A stretch of 58,417 nucleotides of DNA from Brachybacterium sp. (GTDB lineage: Bacteria; Actinomycetota; Actinomycetes; Actinomycetales; Dermabacteraceae), in NCBI GenBank assembly GCA_032101665.1, contig DAMDHZ010000003.1, positions 1-58,417 on the forward strand, written 5' to 3'. Positions 48,533 through 58,417 of this stretch are shown one piece after another. The notes under the pieces are model-generated. The model ran no database searches. It saw only the letters and a program-made list of their open reading frames with translations, and was not told where the DNA came from. Position numbers and translations under genes: made by a program. Numbering within the stretch: position 1 is the stretch's first letter; the number at the start of each line of letters is the position of its first letter.

Positions 48533-49909
48533 TCAGCCCACCTCCGCCGGGGCCGGTGCGGTCTCGGGGGCGATCCGCCGCGCGGCGGGACGCCGAGCGG
48601 CGTCCGACAGCCGCACCAGGATGCCCACGATGATCCAGTTGGCCACGAGCGACGAGCCGCCCGCGGCCAGGAACGGGAGCGTGAGGCCGGTCAGCGGGAG
48701 CACGCGGGTCACACCGCCGACGACCACGAAGACCTGCAGCGCGATGACGAAGCCGAGGCCGCCGGCCAGCAGGGTCCCGAAGCCGTCGGAGATGCCGACC
48801 GCCGCGCGCAGCGAGCGCTGGACCAGCAGCAGGTACAGCACGAGCACGGCGAAGGCGCCGACCATGCCCATCTCCTCGGCGAGGCCCGCGTAGATGAAGT
48901 CGCTCTGGCCGAACGGCACCATGTTGGGCCGTCCGTTGCCGAGCCCCGAGCCGAGCACGCCGCCGCTGCCCATCCCGAACAGGCCCTCGTTGATCTGCCC
49001 GCAGCGGGAGAAGTTCGCCGAGCTCATCGGGTCGAGCCAGCAGGTCAGCCGGGTGCGCACATGGCTGACCTGGGTGACGGCGAAGATCGCGGGCGGGAGG
49101 AACATGACGGCCCCGATGATGAGCCAGCTCAGGCGGTCGGTCGCGATGTACAGCATCGCGACGAACAGGCCGAAGAACATGAGCGACGTGCCGAGATCGG
49201 TCTCGAACACGAGCACCGCGACGGCGAACGCCCACGCCACCACGATCGGCCCGAAGTCCGACCATCGCGGCAGGTGGATGCCGAGCACCTTGGGGCCGGC
49301 CAGGGCGAGCGTGTCGCGCCGGGAGACGAGATACCCGGCGAAGAACACGGCGAAGCAGATCTTGGCGATCTCCGCCGGCTGGAAGCTGTAGCTGCCGATC
49401 GCGATCCAGATCCGGGCCCCGTACACGCTGCGCCCGAGACCGGGCACGAGCGGCAGCAGCAGGAACACGGCGCCGACGAGCGCGCTGACCCACGTGTAGC
49501 GCCGCAGCAGGCGATGGTCGCGCAGCAGCGCGAGCACGCCGAGCGCGAGCACGACCCCGACCACCGTCCAGATCAGCTGGCGGTCCGCGTAGTGCGTGGC
49601 CCGGGTGGCGTACAGAGCCTTGGCGGAGTCGTAGCTCGCGATGGCCGCCAGCCCGATGAGGTTCAGCAGGAGCACGAGCGGCAGGATCACGGGATCCGCG
49701 TACGGCGCGCGCCACATGACGATCGCCTGCAGGGCGACCGCGAGCACGATCGCGACGATCGCGGTGGTCGGCAGCGTCGCCGGGATCTCGCCCGTGCGAC
49801 CGAGGCCCACGAGGGCGTACGCGCCGAGCCCGATGACCAGCGCGGCCAGGAGCAGGAGGGCATGGGTGAACCGGCGCGTGCGCGCGGTGTACGAGACGAC
49901 GGTCGTCAC
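48533..49909 (-). CDS. rodA: SEDS peptidoglycan glycosyltransferase
   Basis: SFQPAEIAK, DLGT, SDFI, PLTGLTLPFLAAGGSS. Confidence 0.92.
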   Translation of the reverse strand: MTTVVSYTARTRRFTHALLLLAALVIGLGAYALVGLGRTGEIPATLPTTAIVAIVLAVALQAIVMWRAPYADPVILPLVLLLNLIGLAAIASYDSAKALYATRATHYADRQLIWTVVGVVLALGVLALLRDHRLLRRYTWVSALVGAVFLLLPLVPGLGRSVYGARIWIAIGSYSFQPAEIAKICFAVFFAGYLVSRRDTLALAGPKVLGIHLPRWSDFGPIVVAWAFAVAVLVFETDLGTSLMFFGLFVAMLYIATDRLSWLIIGAVMFLPPAIFAVTQVSHVRTRLTCWLDPMSSANFSRCGQINEGLFGMGSGGVLGSGLGNGRPNMVPFGQSDFIYAGLAEEMGMVGAFAVLVLYLLLVQRSLRAAVGISDGFGTLLAGGLGFVIALQVFVVVGGVTRVLPLTGLTLPFLAAGGSSLVANWIIVGILVRLSDAARRPAARRIAPETAPAPAEVG

Positions 49910-51238
49910 TTACCCCCCTGCGCTCTCGGTCGCGGTCGGTGCGGCGCCGGGCTGGGCCGGCTGCTCGGCGGCCTGCTGCTCCGCCTGCTCGGCCTCCTCC
50001 TGGGCGCGGCGCGCCTCCTGGGTGCGGGTCGCCTCGTCGCGGAGCGTCGTCACGACCTCGTCGGCGGCCTCGCGCGAGTCGGCGGGGATCGTCGCCCGCA
50101 CCTGCTCGAGCGTCACCGAGGAGAGGTCGTCGGTGCTGATCCCGGTCGACTCGATGCGGTGGGACAGACTGACGGGACCGAGGTCCTGGGAGACCCCCTG
50201 GTAGACGACGACCTCGTCGTCCTGCGCGGCCACGTAGTACTGGCCCTGGGTCCACGCGTATCCGGCCCACAGGCCGCCCGCGAGCACCGCGGCGATCAGC
50301 AGGGTCACGACCACGGCGGGCCAGTGGCTGCGCCGCGGCGCGTCCTCCTCGGCGAAGTCCTCGTCCTCGAAGGGGGCTGAGCGCTCGGGCCGGGTGAGCG
50401 CCGCAGCCTTCGCGGCGGGGCCCGAGGCGGCCGTGGGCTGATGGCGCGAACGCCCCGCGGAGCCCACGATCTCGGGGCTCGAGGAGGGGGCGGACGCGCC
50501 CTTGGGCAGCGCGTCGAGGTCGACCACGTCGGCGATCACGCACGTGATGTTGTCGGGTCCGCCGCCGCGCAGGGCGAGCTGGACGAGGGCGTCGGCGCAC
50601 TCGCCGGGATCGTCGATCTCCCGCAGGGTGCGGCCAATGGTCTCGAGGGAGACCAGGCCCGACAGCCCGTCGGAGCACAGCATCCAGCGGTCGCCCGCGC
50701 GCGCCGGGCGCAGCGACAGGTCGAGCTCGGGGTCGGAGTCGACGTCGCCGAGCACGCGCATGAGCACGCTGCGCTGGGGGTGGCGCTCGGCCTCCTCGGG
50801 TGTCAGGCGACCCTCGTCCATGAGCCGCTGGACGAAGGTGTGGTCCTTGGTGATCTGGGTGCACTCGCCGTCGCGGAGCAGATACGCGCGCGAGTCGCCG
50901 ATGTGGGCCAGGGCGAACTTGCCCTCGGCGCGCAGCAGCGCGGTGACCGTGGTGCCCAGGCCCGCGAGCTGCGGCTCGTCGCGAGCGCGCCGCAGGATCG
51001 ACTGGTTGGCGTCGAGGATCGCGTCCTCGAGCGCTGCGACGATCTCGGTCGCGGGGGTGTCGGAGTCGAGCTGCGAGAGACGGCCGATCACGATCGACGA
51101 CGCGACGTCGCCACCGGCGTGGCCGCCCATGCCGTCGGCGACGGCCACGAGGTGGCTGCCCGCATAGCCCGAGTCCTGGTTGTTGGACCGGACCAGGCCC
51201 ACGTCGGACCGGGCCGCGTAGCGCAGGGCGAAGCTCAT
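49910..51238 (-). CDS. pstP: PP2C Ser/Thr phosphatase with TM helix
   Basis: SDVGLVRSNNQDS, VADGMGGH, HIGDSRAY, LCSDGL, GGPDNIT. Confidence 0.93.
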   Translation of the reverse strand: MSFALRYAARSDVGLVRSNNQDSGYAGSHLVAVADGMGGHAGGDVASSIVIGRLSQLDSDTPATEIVAALEDAILDANQSILRRARDEPQLAGLGTTVTALLRAEGKFALAHIGDSRAYLLRDGECTQITKDHTFVQRLMDEGRLTPEEAERHPQRSVLMRVLGDVDSDPELDLSLRPARAGDRWMLCSDGLSGLVSLETIGRTLREIDDPGECADALVQLALRGGGPDNITCVIADVVDLDALPKGASAPSSSPEIVGSAGRSRHQPTAASGPAAKAAALTRPERSAPFEDEDFAEEDAPRRSHWPAVVVTLLIAAVLAGGLWAGYAWTQGQYYVAAQDDEVVVYQGVSQDLGPVSLSHRIESTGISTDDLSSVTLEQVRATIPADSREAADEVVTTLRDEATRTQEARRAQEEAEQAEQQAAEQPAQPGAAPTATESAGG

Positions 51239-51738
51239 CGGGGTCCTCGTCTCAGCTCGACCTCGGTGCGGCCGATGCGCACGCGGGCGCCCGACTTGAA
51301 CGGCACCGTGCCCTCGATCTTCTTGCCCGACAGCGTGGTCCCGTTGGTCGAGCCGAGGTCCTCGACCCACCACTGGCCGTCCCGCTGGAACACGCGGGCA
51401 TGGCGGTTGGAGGCGTAGTCGTCATCGAGCACGAGGGTGCACTCGGGGGCGCGGCCGATCAGCACGGGCGTCGACCCCAGGGTGAGGGTGGTCCCGCGCA
51501 GCGGCCCGGCCGTCACCACGAGCGCGGTCGCCGTGACCGCGGGATCGGTGCGCAGGGCGGCCGCCGCGGCCGGATCGGCCGCGGGCCGCTGCTCGCGGCG
51601 CGGATCCGGCTTCGAGGCCCGCGTGACCACGGTCGTGCCGAAGAGATCGTTGCGCAGCACGAGCAGCACGGCGATCACGAAGACCCACAGGGCGACGACG
51701 AAGCCGATCCGCAGGACGACGATGGTCAGTTCGCTCAC
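51235..51738 (-). CDS. fhaB: FHA-domain protein FhaB/FipA
   Basis: N-terminal TM helix, IGR, SNRHA, DLGSTNGT. Confidence 0.9.
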   Translation of the reverse strand: MSELTIVVLRIGFVVALWVFVIAVLLVLRNDLFGTTVVTRASKPDPRREQRPAADPAAAAALRTDPAVTATALVVTAGPLRGTTLTLGSTPVLIGRAPECTLVLDDDYASNRHARVFQRDGQWWVEDLGSTNGTTLSGKKIEGTVPFKSGARVRIGRTEVELRRGPR

Positions 51739-51745
51739 GGACGCC

Positions 51746-52459
51746 TCACCAGCCCGCCGTCGCCGAGCGGTCGGGAAGGATCACCGTCATGCGCGTGCGG
51801 CCCACCGTGACGAGGGAGCGGTCACCCAGGCGCACGGGCGTCGAGATCCGCTCCCCGTCCACGAAGGTGCCGTTGGTCGAGCCGAGGTCGGTCGCGACCA
51901 CGCCGCCGTCGCCCTGGCTCGACAGCTCGACGTGGTGGCGCGAGACCCCCGTGTCGTCGAGGATGATGTCGGCATCGCCGCCGCGGCCGATCACCGTGAC
52001 GCGGCCCGTGAGCAGGTACTGCTGGCCGTCGATCTCGAGGATCGGGTCGGTCCCTCCGGCGCGTGCGCTGCCCGTCGCGGGGGCCACGGCGCCGCGCTCC
52101 GTGCGCGACTCGGTCTCGAAGCGCCCCTGACGCACCTCGTCGTCGGTCTGGAGCGACACGGAGACCGCGCCGACGAACATGTAGGACTGCTTCTCGGCGT
52201 GCTCGACGATCACGCGCTCGAGCTCCTCGAGGAGCGTGTCCTCCCACGAGGCGAAGCGCTCGTGGTCGGCGCTGCTGAGATAGACGGCGTAGACGTTCGG
52301 CGCGAGGGTCCGGGTGCGGTCGAGGACCTGGATCTGGTCGTCGCACTCGCGCTTGAGGCCCTGGGCCAGGTCGAGCGGCTTGATCTGGCCGCGGCCCGGC
52401 GAGAAGACGCTCGTCACCCCGCGGTCGAGGCCGCGTTCGATGCGCTCCAAGATCCCCAC
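51746..52459 (-). CDS. fhaA: DUF3662 plus FHA-domain protein FhaA
   Basis: GILERIERGL, APNVY, IGRG, VSRHH, DLGSTNGT. Confidence 0.9.
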   Translation of the reverse strand: MGILERIERGLDRGVTSVFSPGRGQIKPLDLAQGLKRECDDQIQVLDRTRTLAPNVYAVYLSSADHERFASWEDTLLEELERVIVEHAEKQSYMFVGAVSVSLQTDDEVRQGRFETESRTERGAVAPATGSARAGGTDPILEIDGQQYLLTGRVTVIGRGGDADIILDDTGVSRHHVELSSQGDGGVVATDLGSTNGTFVDGERISTPVRLGDRSLVTVGRTRMTVILPDRSATAGW

Positions 52460-52645
52460 GTGTGGTCCTCCGGTCCTCTGCTGGTCGGGGTCGGCGGCGC
52501 TCCCGGCCCGTTCGACGGGGCACGCACCTGCCCGATCGTACCGTGCACGTCCTGCCGGCCCTCGGGCGCCGGACGCAGATCCTGTGCAGCATTCGTGCAG
52601 ACCAGACTCGGCCGGCCGCCGTCGCCCCTGTGCGATCCTGGGCCG

Positions 52646-53467
52646 GTGGACGCCTCGCCGCTGCCTTCCCTCGACTCCTTCGCCTTCCCGTGCACGGTGG
52701 GCCTGACCGGCGCGGAGGGGACCCTGCTCGTCCAGGGCGCCCCCGACGTGCCGCGCCCGCTCGCGAGCGTCTCCAAACCGATCGCCGCCCTCGGCGTGCT
52801 CGTCGCCGTCTTCCGCGGCCTGGTCGACCTCGACGAGCCGGCCGGCCCCGAGGGCTCCACGGTGCGCCACCTGCTCGCCCACGCCGCCGGCTACTCCTTC
52901 GACGGAGATCGCGACACCCTGCTCGCCGCGCCCGGCACGCGTCGCATCTACTCCAACACCGGATTCGAGGTGCTCGGCGACCATCTCGCCGAGGCGACCG
53001 GCTACTCGATGGCCGAATGGCTCGAGGAGCGCGTGGTCGGGCCGCTCGGCCTCGGCGACATCGACGTCGACGGCTCGCCCGCCGCCGGGTACCGGGCCAC
53101 GGTCGCCGACCTGCTGGCCCTGGGCAGGGAGCTGCTGTGCCCCACCCTCATCCCCCGGGAGCTGTGGGAGGAGGCCACCGCTGTGCAGTTCCCGGGGCTG
53201 TCGGGCGTGCTGCCCGGTTACGGCCGTCAGCGCCCCAACGACTGGGGGCTCGGCGTCGAGATCCGCGACGGCAAGTCGCCGCACTGGACCGGGACCCGCA
53301 GCGCGCCCACGACCTTCGGCCACTTCGGGCAGTCCGGCTCGTTCCTGTGGGTCGACCCGGATCACGGTCTCGCGGCGGCCTTCCTCGGCGACGAGCCGTT
53401 CTCCCCGGCCCACGTCGAGGTCTGGCCCGCCCTGACCGACGAGCTGCTCGCGCGCGCCGGGGCCTGA
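52646..53467 (+). CDS. Serine hydrolase, beta-lactamase-related
   Basis: ASVSK (SxxK), LLAHAAG, YSN, FGHFG. Start uncertain. Confidence 0.85.
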   Translation: MDASPLPSLDSFAFPCTVGLTGAEGTLLVQGAPDVPRPLASVSKPIAALGVLVAVFRGLVDLDEPAGPEGSTVRHLLAHAAGYSFDGDRDTLLAAPGTRRIYSNTGFEVLGDHLAEATGYSMAEWLEERVVGPLGLGDIDVDGSPAAGYRATVADLLALGRELLCPTLIPRELWEEATAVQFPGLSGVLPGYGRQRPNDWGLGVEIRDGKSPHWTGTRSAPTTFGHFGQSGSFLWVDPDHGLAAAFLGDEPFSPAHVEVWPALTDELLARAGA

Positions 53468-53470
53468 GCC

Positions 53471-54361
53471 ATGGCGGAGGGGGCCTGGCGGGGGCGCGAG
53501 GCCGAGGCCCGGCGCGCTCGCGTCTCGCCGCTCGACCTGCTCGACGAGCTTCCCTTCGAGGGCGCCGCGATCGTCGTCGGACCCGAGGGCGTCCGGGAGC
53601 GGCGCGGGGACGTGCGGCGCGAGCGGACCTGGCGCAGCGTGACCAAGCCGGTGACCGGCTACGCCGTCGCCGTCGCGCTCGACCGCGGTCTGATCGACCT
53701 CGAGGCGCCGTGCGGCCCTGCGGGCTCGACCCTGCGCCACGTGCTCGCCCACGCCTCGGGTCTGTTCTACGAGTCCGATCGCACCCTCATGCCGCCGGGG
53801 CGCCGCCGGCACTACTCCAACCGCGGCATCGACGTGGGCGCGGAGCACGTGGCCGCCGCCGTCGGGCGCGCCGTCGAGGACTGGGTGGCGGAGCAGGTGC
53901 TCGACCCGCTCGGGATGGACGGCGTGCGCTGGACCGGTTCCCCGTCGGTCGGCGCCTTCGGGACGCTCGAGGACCTCGCCCTGCTGTGCGGCGAGCTGCT
54001 GCGCCCCACCCTGGTGGGCCCCGAGGCCTTCGCCTCCGTCACGACGCCCCAGCTCCCCGAGCTGGTCGGGATCATGCCAGGCTTCGGCCTCCAGAGTCCC
54101 AACCCCTTCGGGCTCGGCTTCGAGGTGCGGGGGCACAAGAACCCCCATTGGACGGGCCATGACAACGACCCCGCCACCTTCGGCCACATCGGGATGGCGG
54201 GCACCGCGTTCTGGGTCGACCCCGTGGCCGACGTGGCTCTCGCGGTGGGGACGGCCCACGAGTTCTGCGACGCGCATCGCGAGGTGCTGCCGCGCCTCGC
54301 GGACGCCGTGCTCGCCGCCCACCGTCGACGGGACGGCCGCGAGGCCCGGGCCCCAATGTGA
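53471..54361 (+). CDS. Serine hydrolase, beta-lactamase-related (tandem paralogue)
   Basis: RSVTK, VLAHASG, YSN, FGHIG. Confidence 0.85.
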   Translation: MAEGAWRGREAEARRARVSPLDLLDELPFEGAAIVVGPEGVRERRGDVRRERTWRSVTKPVTGYAVAVALDRGLIDLEAPCGPAGSTLRHVLAHASGLFYESDRTLMPPGRRRHYSNRGIDVGAEHVAAAVGRAVEDWVAEQVLDPLGMDGVRWTGSPSVGAFGTLEDLALLCGELLRPTLVGPEAFASVTTPQLPELVGIMPGFGLQSPNPFGLGFEVRGHKNPHWTGHDNDPATFGHIGMAGTAFWVDPVADVALAVGTAHEFCDAHREVLPRLADAVLAAHRRRDGREARAPM

Positions 54362-54405
54362 TCTGCTCGGGCCCGCCTGCTCGACCGTCACAGCGTCGTG
54401 CTTGA

Positions 54406-54424
54406 ATAGGGGAGCCTCACCAAA
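54406..54424 (+). promoter_or_regulatory. DtxR/IdeR iron box
   Basis: ATAGGGGAGCCTCACCAAA matches TWAGGTWAGSCTWACCTWA at 14/19 positions and lies upstream of the siderophore ABC operon. Confidence 0.7.
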
Positions 54425-54445
54425 CCTCCTGGAAGGACTTCCCTG

Positions 54446-55498
54446 GTGCTCTCCCGCCGCCGCTTCGCCGTCGCCCTCGCCACCCTCTCGGCAGGAGCCG
54501 TCCTGCCGCTCGCCGCGTGCGGCTCCAGCACGACGGACGCTGCGTCGTCCGGCTCGGCCGCCTCGGACGGCGGCTCGGAGCAGTCCTTCCCGCTCCAGAT
54601 CACGCATGCCTTGGGCACCACCACGATCGAGAAGGAGCCCGAGCGGATCGCGACCGTCAACTGGGAGAACCAGGAGGTGCCGCTCGCGCTCGGCGTCGTC
54701 CCGGTCGGGATGGCCAAGGCCAACTTCGGCGTCGAGGCCGGCCACGACAACCTGCCGTGGGTCGAGGACAAGCTGGCCGAGCTGGGCGGCACCGCGCCGG
54801 TCCTGTTCGACGAGACCGACGGCATCGACTTCGAGGCCGTCGCCGACACCCAGCCCGACGTGATCCTCGCGGCCTACTCGGGCCTGACCCAGGAGGACTA
54901 CGACACCCTCAGCAAGATCGCGCCCACGGTCGCCTACCCGGAGGTGGCCTGGGGCACGCCCTGGCAGGACACGATCCGCATCGAGTCCGAGGCGATGGGC
55001 ATGAAGGCCGAGGGTGACACGCTGCTGGCCGACCTCGAGGGCCAGGTCGAGCAGGCCGCGCAGGCCCACCCCGAACTCGCCGAGGTGCACGCGATGTTCC
55101 TCACCCACGTCGACACCTCCGACATGTCGACGGTCAGCTTCTACACGACGCACGACACCCGCACGATGTTCTTCACCGACCTCGGCATGCAGACCCCCAA
55201 GAGCATCGAGGCCGCCTCCGCCGACACCGACCAGTTCGTCGGCACCATCTCCGCCGAGCGCGCCGACCAGTTCGACGACGTCGACGTCATCGTCACCTAC
55301 GGCGGTGACGAGGTGCGGAGTGCGCTCGAGAACGACCCCGTCCTGCAGCAGATCCCCGCTGTCAAGAACGACGCGATCGTGGCGCTGCCCAATGACGGCG
55401 CGATGGGCACCGCGGCCAACCCGACGCCGCTCGCGATCCCCTTCGTGCTCGGCGACTACACCGACCTGCTCGCCGAAGCGGCCAAGAAGAGCAAGTGA
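54446..55498 (+). CDS. Iron-siderophore ABC substrate-binding lipoprotein
   Basis: SRRRF, LAAC lipobox, HALGTT..PERIAT, ALGVVPVG, PDVIL, LSKIAPTVAY. Confidence 0.93.
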   Translation: MLSRRRFAVALATLSAGAVLPLAACGSSTTDAASSGSAASDGGSEQSFPLQITHALGTTTIEKEPERIATVNWENQEVPLALGVVPVGMAKANFGVEAGHDNLPWVEDKLAELGGTAPVLFDETDGIDFEAVADTQPDVILAAYSGLTQEDYDTLSKIAPTVAYPEVAWGTPWQDTIRIESEAMGMKAEGDTLLADLEGQVEQAAQAHPELAEVHAMFLTHVDTSDMSTVSFYTTHDTRTMFFTDLGMQTPKSIEAASADTDQFVGTISAERADQFDDVDVIVTYGGDEVRSALENDPVLQQIPAVKNDAIVALPNDGAMGTAANPTPLAIPFVLGDYTDLLAEAAKKSK

Positions 55499-56559
55499 CC
55501 TCGGCCCCCGGGGCGACACGGTCACCGACCGCCTCGGCCTCGCCGGGCGCGGCCGTCGTGCGGCGCCCACGGCGCGTCCGCTGGAGCGTCCTCGCAACGC
55601 TCGCGCTCGCCGTGCTCGCCGTCGCCGTGCTCTCGCTCATGGTCGGCTCGCGCACCGTCGGCCTGCACGACGCGCTCGCCGCACTCACCGGCCCGCCCGT
55701 GGGCATCGACCAGGGCGCGGTCGCCAAGCGCATCCCGCGCACCCTGCTCGCGCTCGGCGCGGGCGCCGCCCTCGCGCTCTCGGGCGCCGTCATGCAGGGC
55801 GTGACCCGCAACCCACTCGCCGATCCCGGCATCCTCGGCGTCAACATGGGCGCCTCCCTCGCGGTCGCCATCGGGATGGTGGTCTTCGCGCTCGAGTCGT
55901 ACTTTGCGCTCATCTGGGCCGCCCTGTTGGGCGCCGCGATCACCGCCGTCCTCGTCTACACGATGGGCTCCCTCGGGCGCGGCGGGGCCACCCCGCTCAA
56001 GCTCGCCCTCGCCGGGGCCGCCACGACCGCCGCCCTCAGCTCGCTCACGACCGCGGTCGTGCTGCCGCGCGGCAACCTCGCCGAGGGCTTCCGCTCCTGG
56101 CAGATCGGCGGCGTCGGCGGCGCCACCTGGGACGCGCTCGCCCAGGGGGCGCCCTACCTGCTCGCCGGGCTCGTCCTGTGCCTGCTCTCGGCCGGCGGCC
56201 TCAACGCCCTCGCCCTCGGGGACGAGATGGCGGCGGGCCTCGGCACCCGGGTCGGGCTCGCCCGTGCCGTCTCCGCCCTCGGGGCGGTGCTGCTCGCGGC
56301 CGTCTGCACCGCCGTGTGCGGCCCGATCGGCTTCGTGGGGCTCGTCGTCCCCCACGTCTGCCGTCTGCTGGGCGGCTCCGACCACCGCTGGCTGCTGCCC
56401 TTCTCCGCGCTCGGGGGTGCCGTCCTGCTCACCGTCGCGGACGTCGTCGGGCGCGTCCTCACCCCGCCCACCGAGGTCCAGGCCGGGATCATCACCGCCG
56501 TCGTGGGTGCCCCCTTCTTCATCTCGATCGTGCGCCGGCAGAAGGTGCGCGAGCTGTGA
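55495..56559 (+). CDS. FecCD-family permease
   Basis: RIPR, MQGVTRNPLADPGILG, LGDE..GLG, GPIGFVGL. Confidence 0.93.
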   Translation: MTSAPGATRSPTASASPGAAVVRRPRRVRWSVLATLALAVLAVAVLSLMVGSRTVGLHDALAALTGPPVGIDQGAVAKRIPRTLLALGAGAALALSGAVMQGVTRNPLADPGILGVNMGASLAVAIGMVVFALESYFALIWAALLGAAITAVLVYTMGSLGRGGATPLKLALAGAATTAALSSLTTAVVLPRGNLAEGFRSWQIGGVGGATWDALAQGAPYLLAGLVLCLLSAGGLNALALGDEMAAGLGTRVGLARAVSALGAVLLAAVCTAVCGPIGFVGLVVPHVCRLLGGSDHRWLLPFSALGGAVLLTVADVVGRVLTPPTEVQAGIITAVVGAPFFISIVRRQKVREL

Positions 56560-57644
56560 GCGCGACCGTCGAGATCCCCGAGACCGCCCCTGCGAGCGGC
56601 GCACCGGCGCCCCGGCCCTCGACCGTGGCCCGTCTGCGTCGCGCCCGACGGGCCCACGCCGTGCGCCGCGCCATGGTCCTGCTCGTGCTCGCCGCGGTCG
56701 TCGTCGTGCTCGCGGCGGCCTCCCTCGTGTACGGCCACACCACCTACTCGCTCGGCGAGGTGGGGCGCGTGATCGTGGGCCGCACGGTGCCCGGCGCGTC
56801 GTTCACGGTGGGGGAGCTGCGCCTGCCCCGCACGGTGCTCGGCATCGTGGCCGGACTCGCCTTCGGGCTCGCCGGATCGACCTTCCAGACCATGCTGCGC
56901 AACCCGCTCGCGAGCCCCGACGTGATCGGCATCAGCACCGGCGCCGGCACGGGCGCCGCGTTCGCGATCATCGTGCTCGGGCTCGGCTCCGTCGGCACCT
57001 CGGTGGTCGCGATCGGGTGCGCGCTCGCCGTGGCGGCCACCGTGTACGCGCTGTCGTACCGCTCGGGCGTCTCGGGGACCCGCCTCATCCTCATCGGCAT
57101 CGGCGTGGCCGCGATGCTCGAGTCCGTGACCACCTACCTGCTCTCCCGCGCCTCGCAGTGGGACCTGCAGGAGGCGATGCGCTGGCTCACGGGCTCCCTC
57201 AACGGGGCGGCATGGCTCACGACGGTGCCGGCGCTGCTCGCGCTCGTCGTGCTCGGGCCGCTGCTGCTGGGCGCCGGGCGCCACCTCGAGGCCCTGCAGC
57301 TCGGCGAGGACGCCGCCGCGGCGCTCGGCGTCCGGGTCGAGGCCACCCGGATCGTGATGATCGTGTCCGCCGTCGCCCTCATCGCCTTCGCGACGGCCGC
57401 CTCCGGCCCCATCGCCTTCGTCGCCTTCCTCGCCGGCCCCATCGCTGCTCGCCTGACCGGCGGCGGCCGCCCCGTGCTGGTGCCCGCGGCCCTCGTCGGC
57501 GCCGTCCTCGTGCTCGCCGCGGACTTCGCGGGACAGTGGCTGGTCGGCACCCGGTACCCGGTCGGCGTCATCACGGGCGTGCTCGGCGCCCCGTACCTGA
57601 TCTACCTCATCATCCGCACCAACCGCAGCGGCGGCTCGCTGTGA
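56556..57644 (+). CDS. FecCD-family permease
   Basis: RLPR, FQTMLRNPLASPDVIG, LGED..LG, PVGVIT. GTGA coupling. Confidence 0.93.
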   Translation: MSATVEIPETAPASGAPAPRPSTVARLRRARRAHAVRRAMVLLVLAAVVVVLAAASLVYGHTTYSLGEVGRVIVGRTVPGASFTVGELRLPRTVLGIVAGLAFGLAGSTFQTMLRNPLASPDVIGISTGAGTGAAFAIIVLGLGSVGTSVVAIGCALAVAATVYALSYRSGVSGTRLILIGIGVAAMLESVTTYLLSRASQWDLQEAMRWLTGSLNGAAWLTTVPALLALVVLGPLLLGAGRHLEALQLGEDAAAALGVRVEATRIVMIVSAVALIAFATAASGPIAFVAFLAGPIAARLTGGGRPVLVPAALVGAVLVLAADFAGQWLVGTRYPVGVITGVLGAPYLIYLIIRTNRSGGSL

Positions 57645-57657
57645 GGGAAGGAGGGTC

Positions 57658-58417
57658 GTGACCCAGGACCACGCCCTGAGGCTCGGCGCGCTCGAGGCCG
57701 GCTACCGCGACCGCACGGTCATCCGCGGGCTCGACCTCGAGCCGATCCCCGGCGCCATCACCGCGATCGTCGGCGCCAACGCGTGCGGCAAGTCGACCCT
57801 GCTGCGCACCATGTCGCGCCTGCTGCGCCCCTCGGGCGGGCAGGTGCTGTTGGACGGCCGTGACCTGCACCGCTACGGGGCGCGCGAGCTCGCCCGCACC
57901 CTCGGCCTGCTGCCCCAGACACCGCTCGCACCCGACGGCATCTCGGTGGTCGACCTCGTCGCGCGCGGCCGACACCCCCATCACGGCCTCGTGCAGCGCT
58001 GGACCGCCGAGGACGATGCCGCGGTCGCCGAGGCGCTCGAGGCCACGGCCGTCGTGGACCTCGCCGAGCGCAGCGTCGACGAGCTGTCCGGGGGGCAGCG
58101 CCAGCGGGTGTGGATTGCGATGGCCCTCGCCCAGCGCACCGACGTGCTGCTGCTCGACGAGCCGACCACGTTCCTCGACGTCAACCACCAGGTCGAGGTG
58201 CTCGACCTGCTCGTCGACCTCAACCGCTCGCGCGGCACGACCATCGTCATGGTGCTCCACGACCTCAACCTCGCCGCGCGCTACGCGGACAGCCTGGTCG
58301 CGCTGCGCGACGGCCGGGTGCACGCCCACGGCGCCCCCGGTGACGTCCTCACCGAGGAGACGATCGCGGCCGTCTTCGGGATCCCCTCCCGCGTCATCAC
58401 CGACCCGGTCTCGGGGC
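57658..58417 (+). CDS. Iron-siderophore ABC ATP-binding protein, 3'-truncated by the window
   Basis: Read directly from the sequence: GANACGKST, LSGGQRQR, LLLDEPT, VLHDLN. No stop before the window end. Confidence 0.92.
   Translation, partial: MTQDHALRLGALEAGYRDRTVIRGLDLEPIPGAITAIVGANACGKSTLLRTMSRLLRPSGGQVLLDGRDLHRYGARELARTLGLLPQTPLAPDGISVVDLVARGRHPHHGLVQRWTAEDDAAVAEALEATAVVDLAERSVDELSGGQRQRVWIAMALAQRTDVLLLDEPTTFLDVNHQVEVLDLLVDLNRSRGTTIVMVLHDLNLAARYADSLVALRDGRVHAHGAPGDVLTEETIAAVFGIPSRVITDPVSG

Noticed and set aside
51746..55597. 1283-aa minus-strand ORF
   Set aside because: Only 51746-52459 (fhaA) is real. The rest is antisense to the hydrolases and the SBP.
1..58417. CRISPR array or long tandem repeats
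   Set aside because: No regularly spaced direct repeats and no cas-like genes. Low-complexity stretches lie within Pro/Thr/Ala-rich protein tails.

Overview
Very GC-rich actinobacterial chromosomal segment (Micrococcales/Brachybacterium-like by gene content and order; this is an inference). It is densely coding, with about 50 real CDS and 3 tRNAs (Ser-TGA, Ser-GCT, Arg-ACG). Core genes: pheA, serS, ppc, a SelO-family gene, bcp, the fhaA-fhaB-pstP-rodA-pbpA-pknA-pknB-crgA cell-division cluster, and an iron-siderophore ABC operon with a DtxR/IdeR-like box (truncated at the window end). Accessory content: a MazG-like pyrophosphatase plus GIY-YIG/DUF2075 helicase pair (candidate defence system), a LacI-regulated sugar ABC/GH31 locus, a class II UvrA, a FusB-like Zn protein and an HTTM-like two-gene pair. 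The standout is 34731-40590: a fatty acyl-CoA reductase fused to a HAD phosphatase, divergent from an SDR, an acyltransferase and an alkyl-DHAP synthase. Together these match the enzyme set of the eukaryotic (peroxisomal) acyl-DHAP ether-lipid pathway. No CRISPR array, integrase or IS element was seen. All calls come from motif recognition only; no database searches were run.
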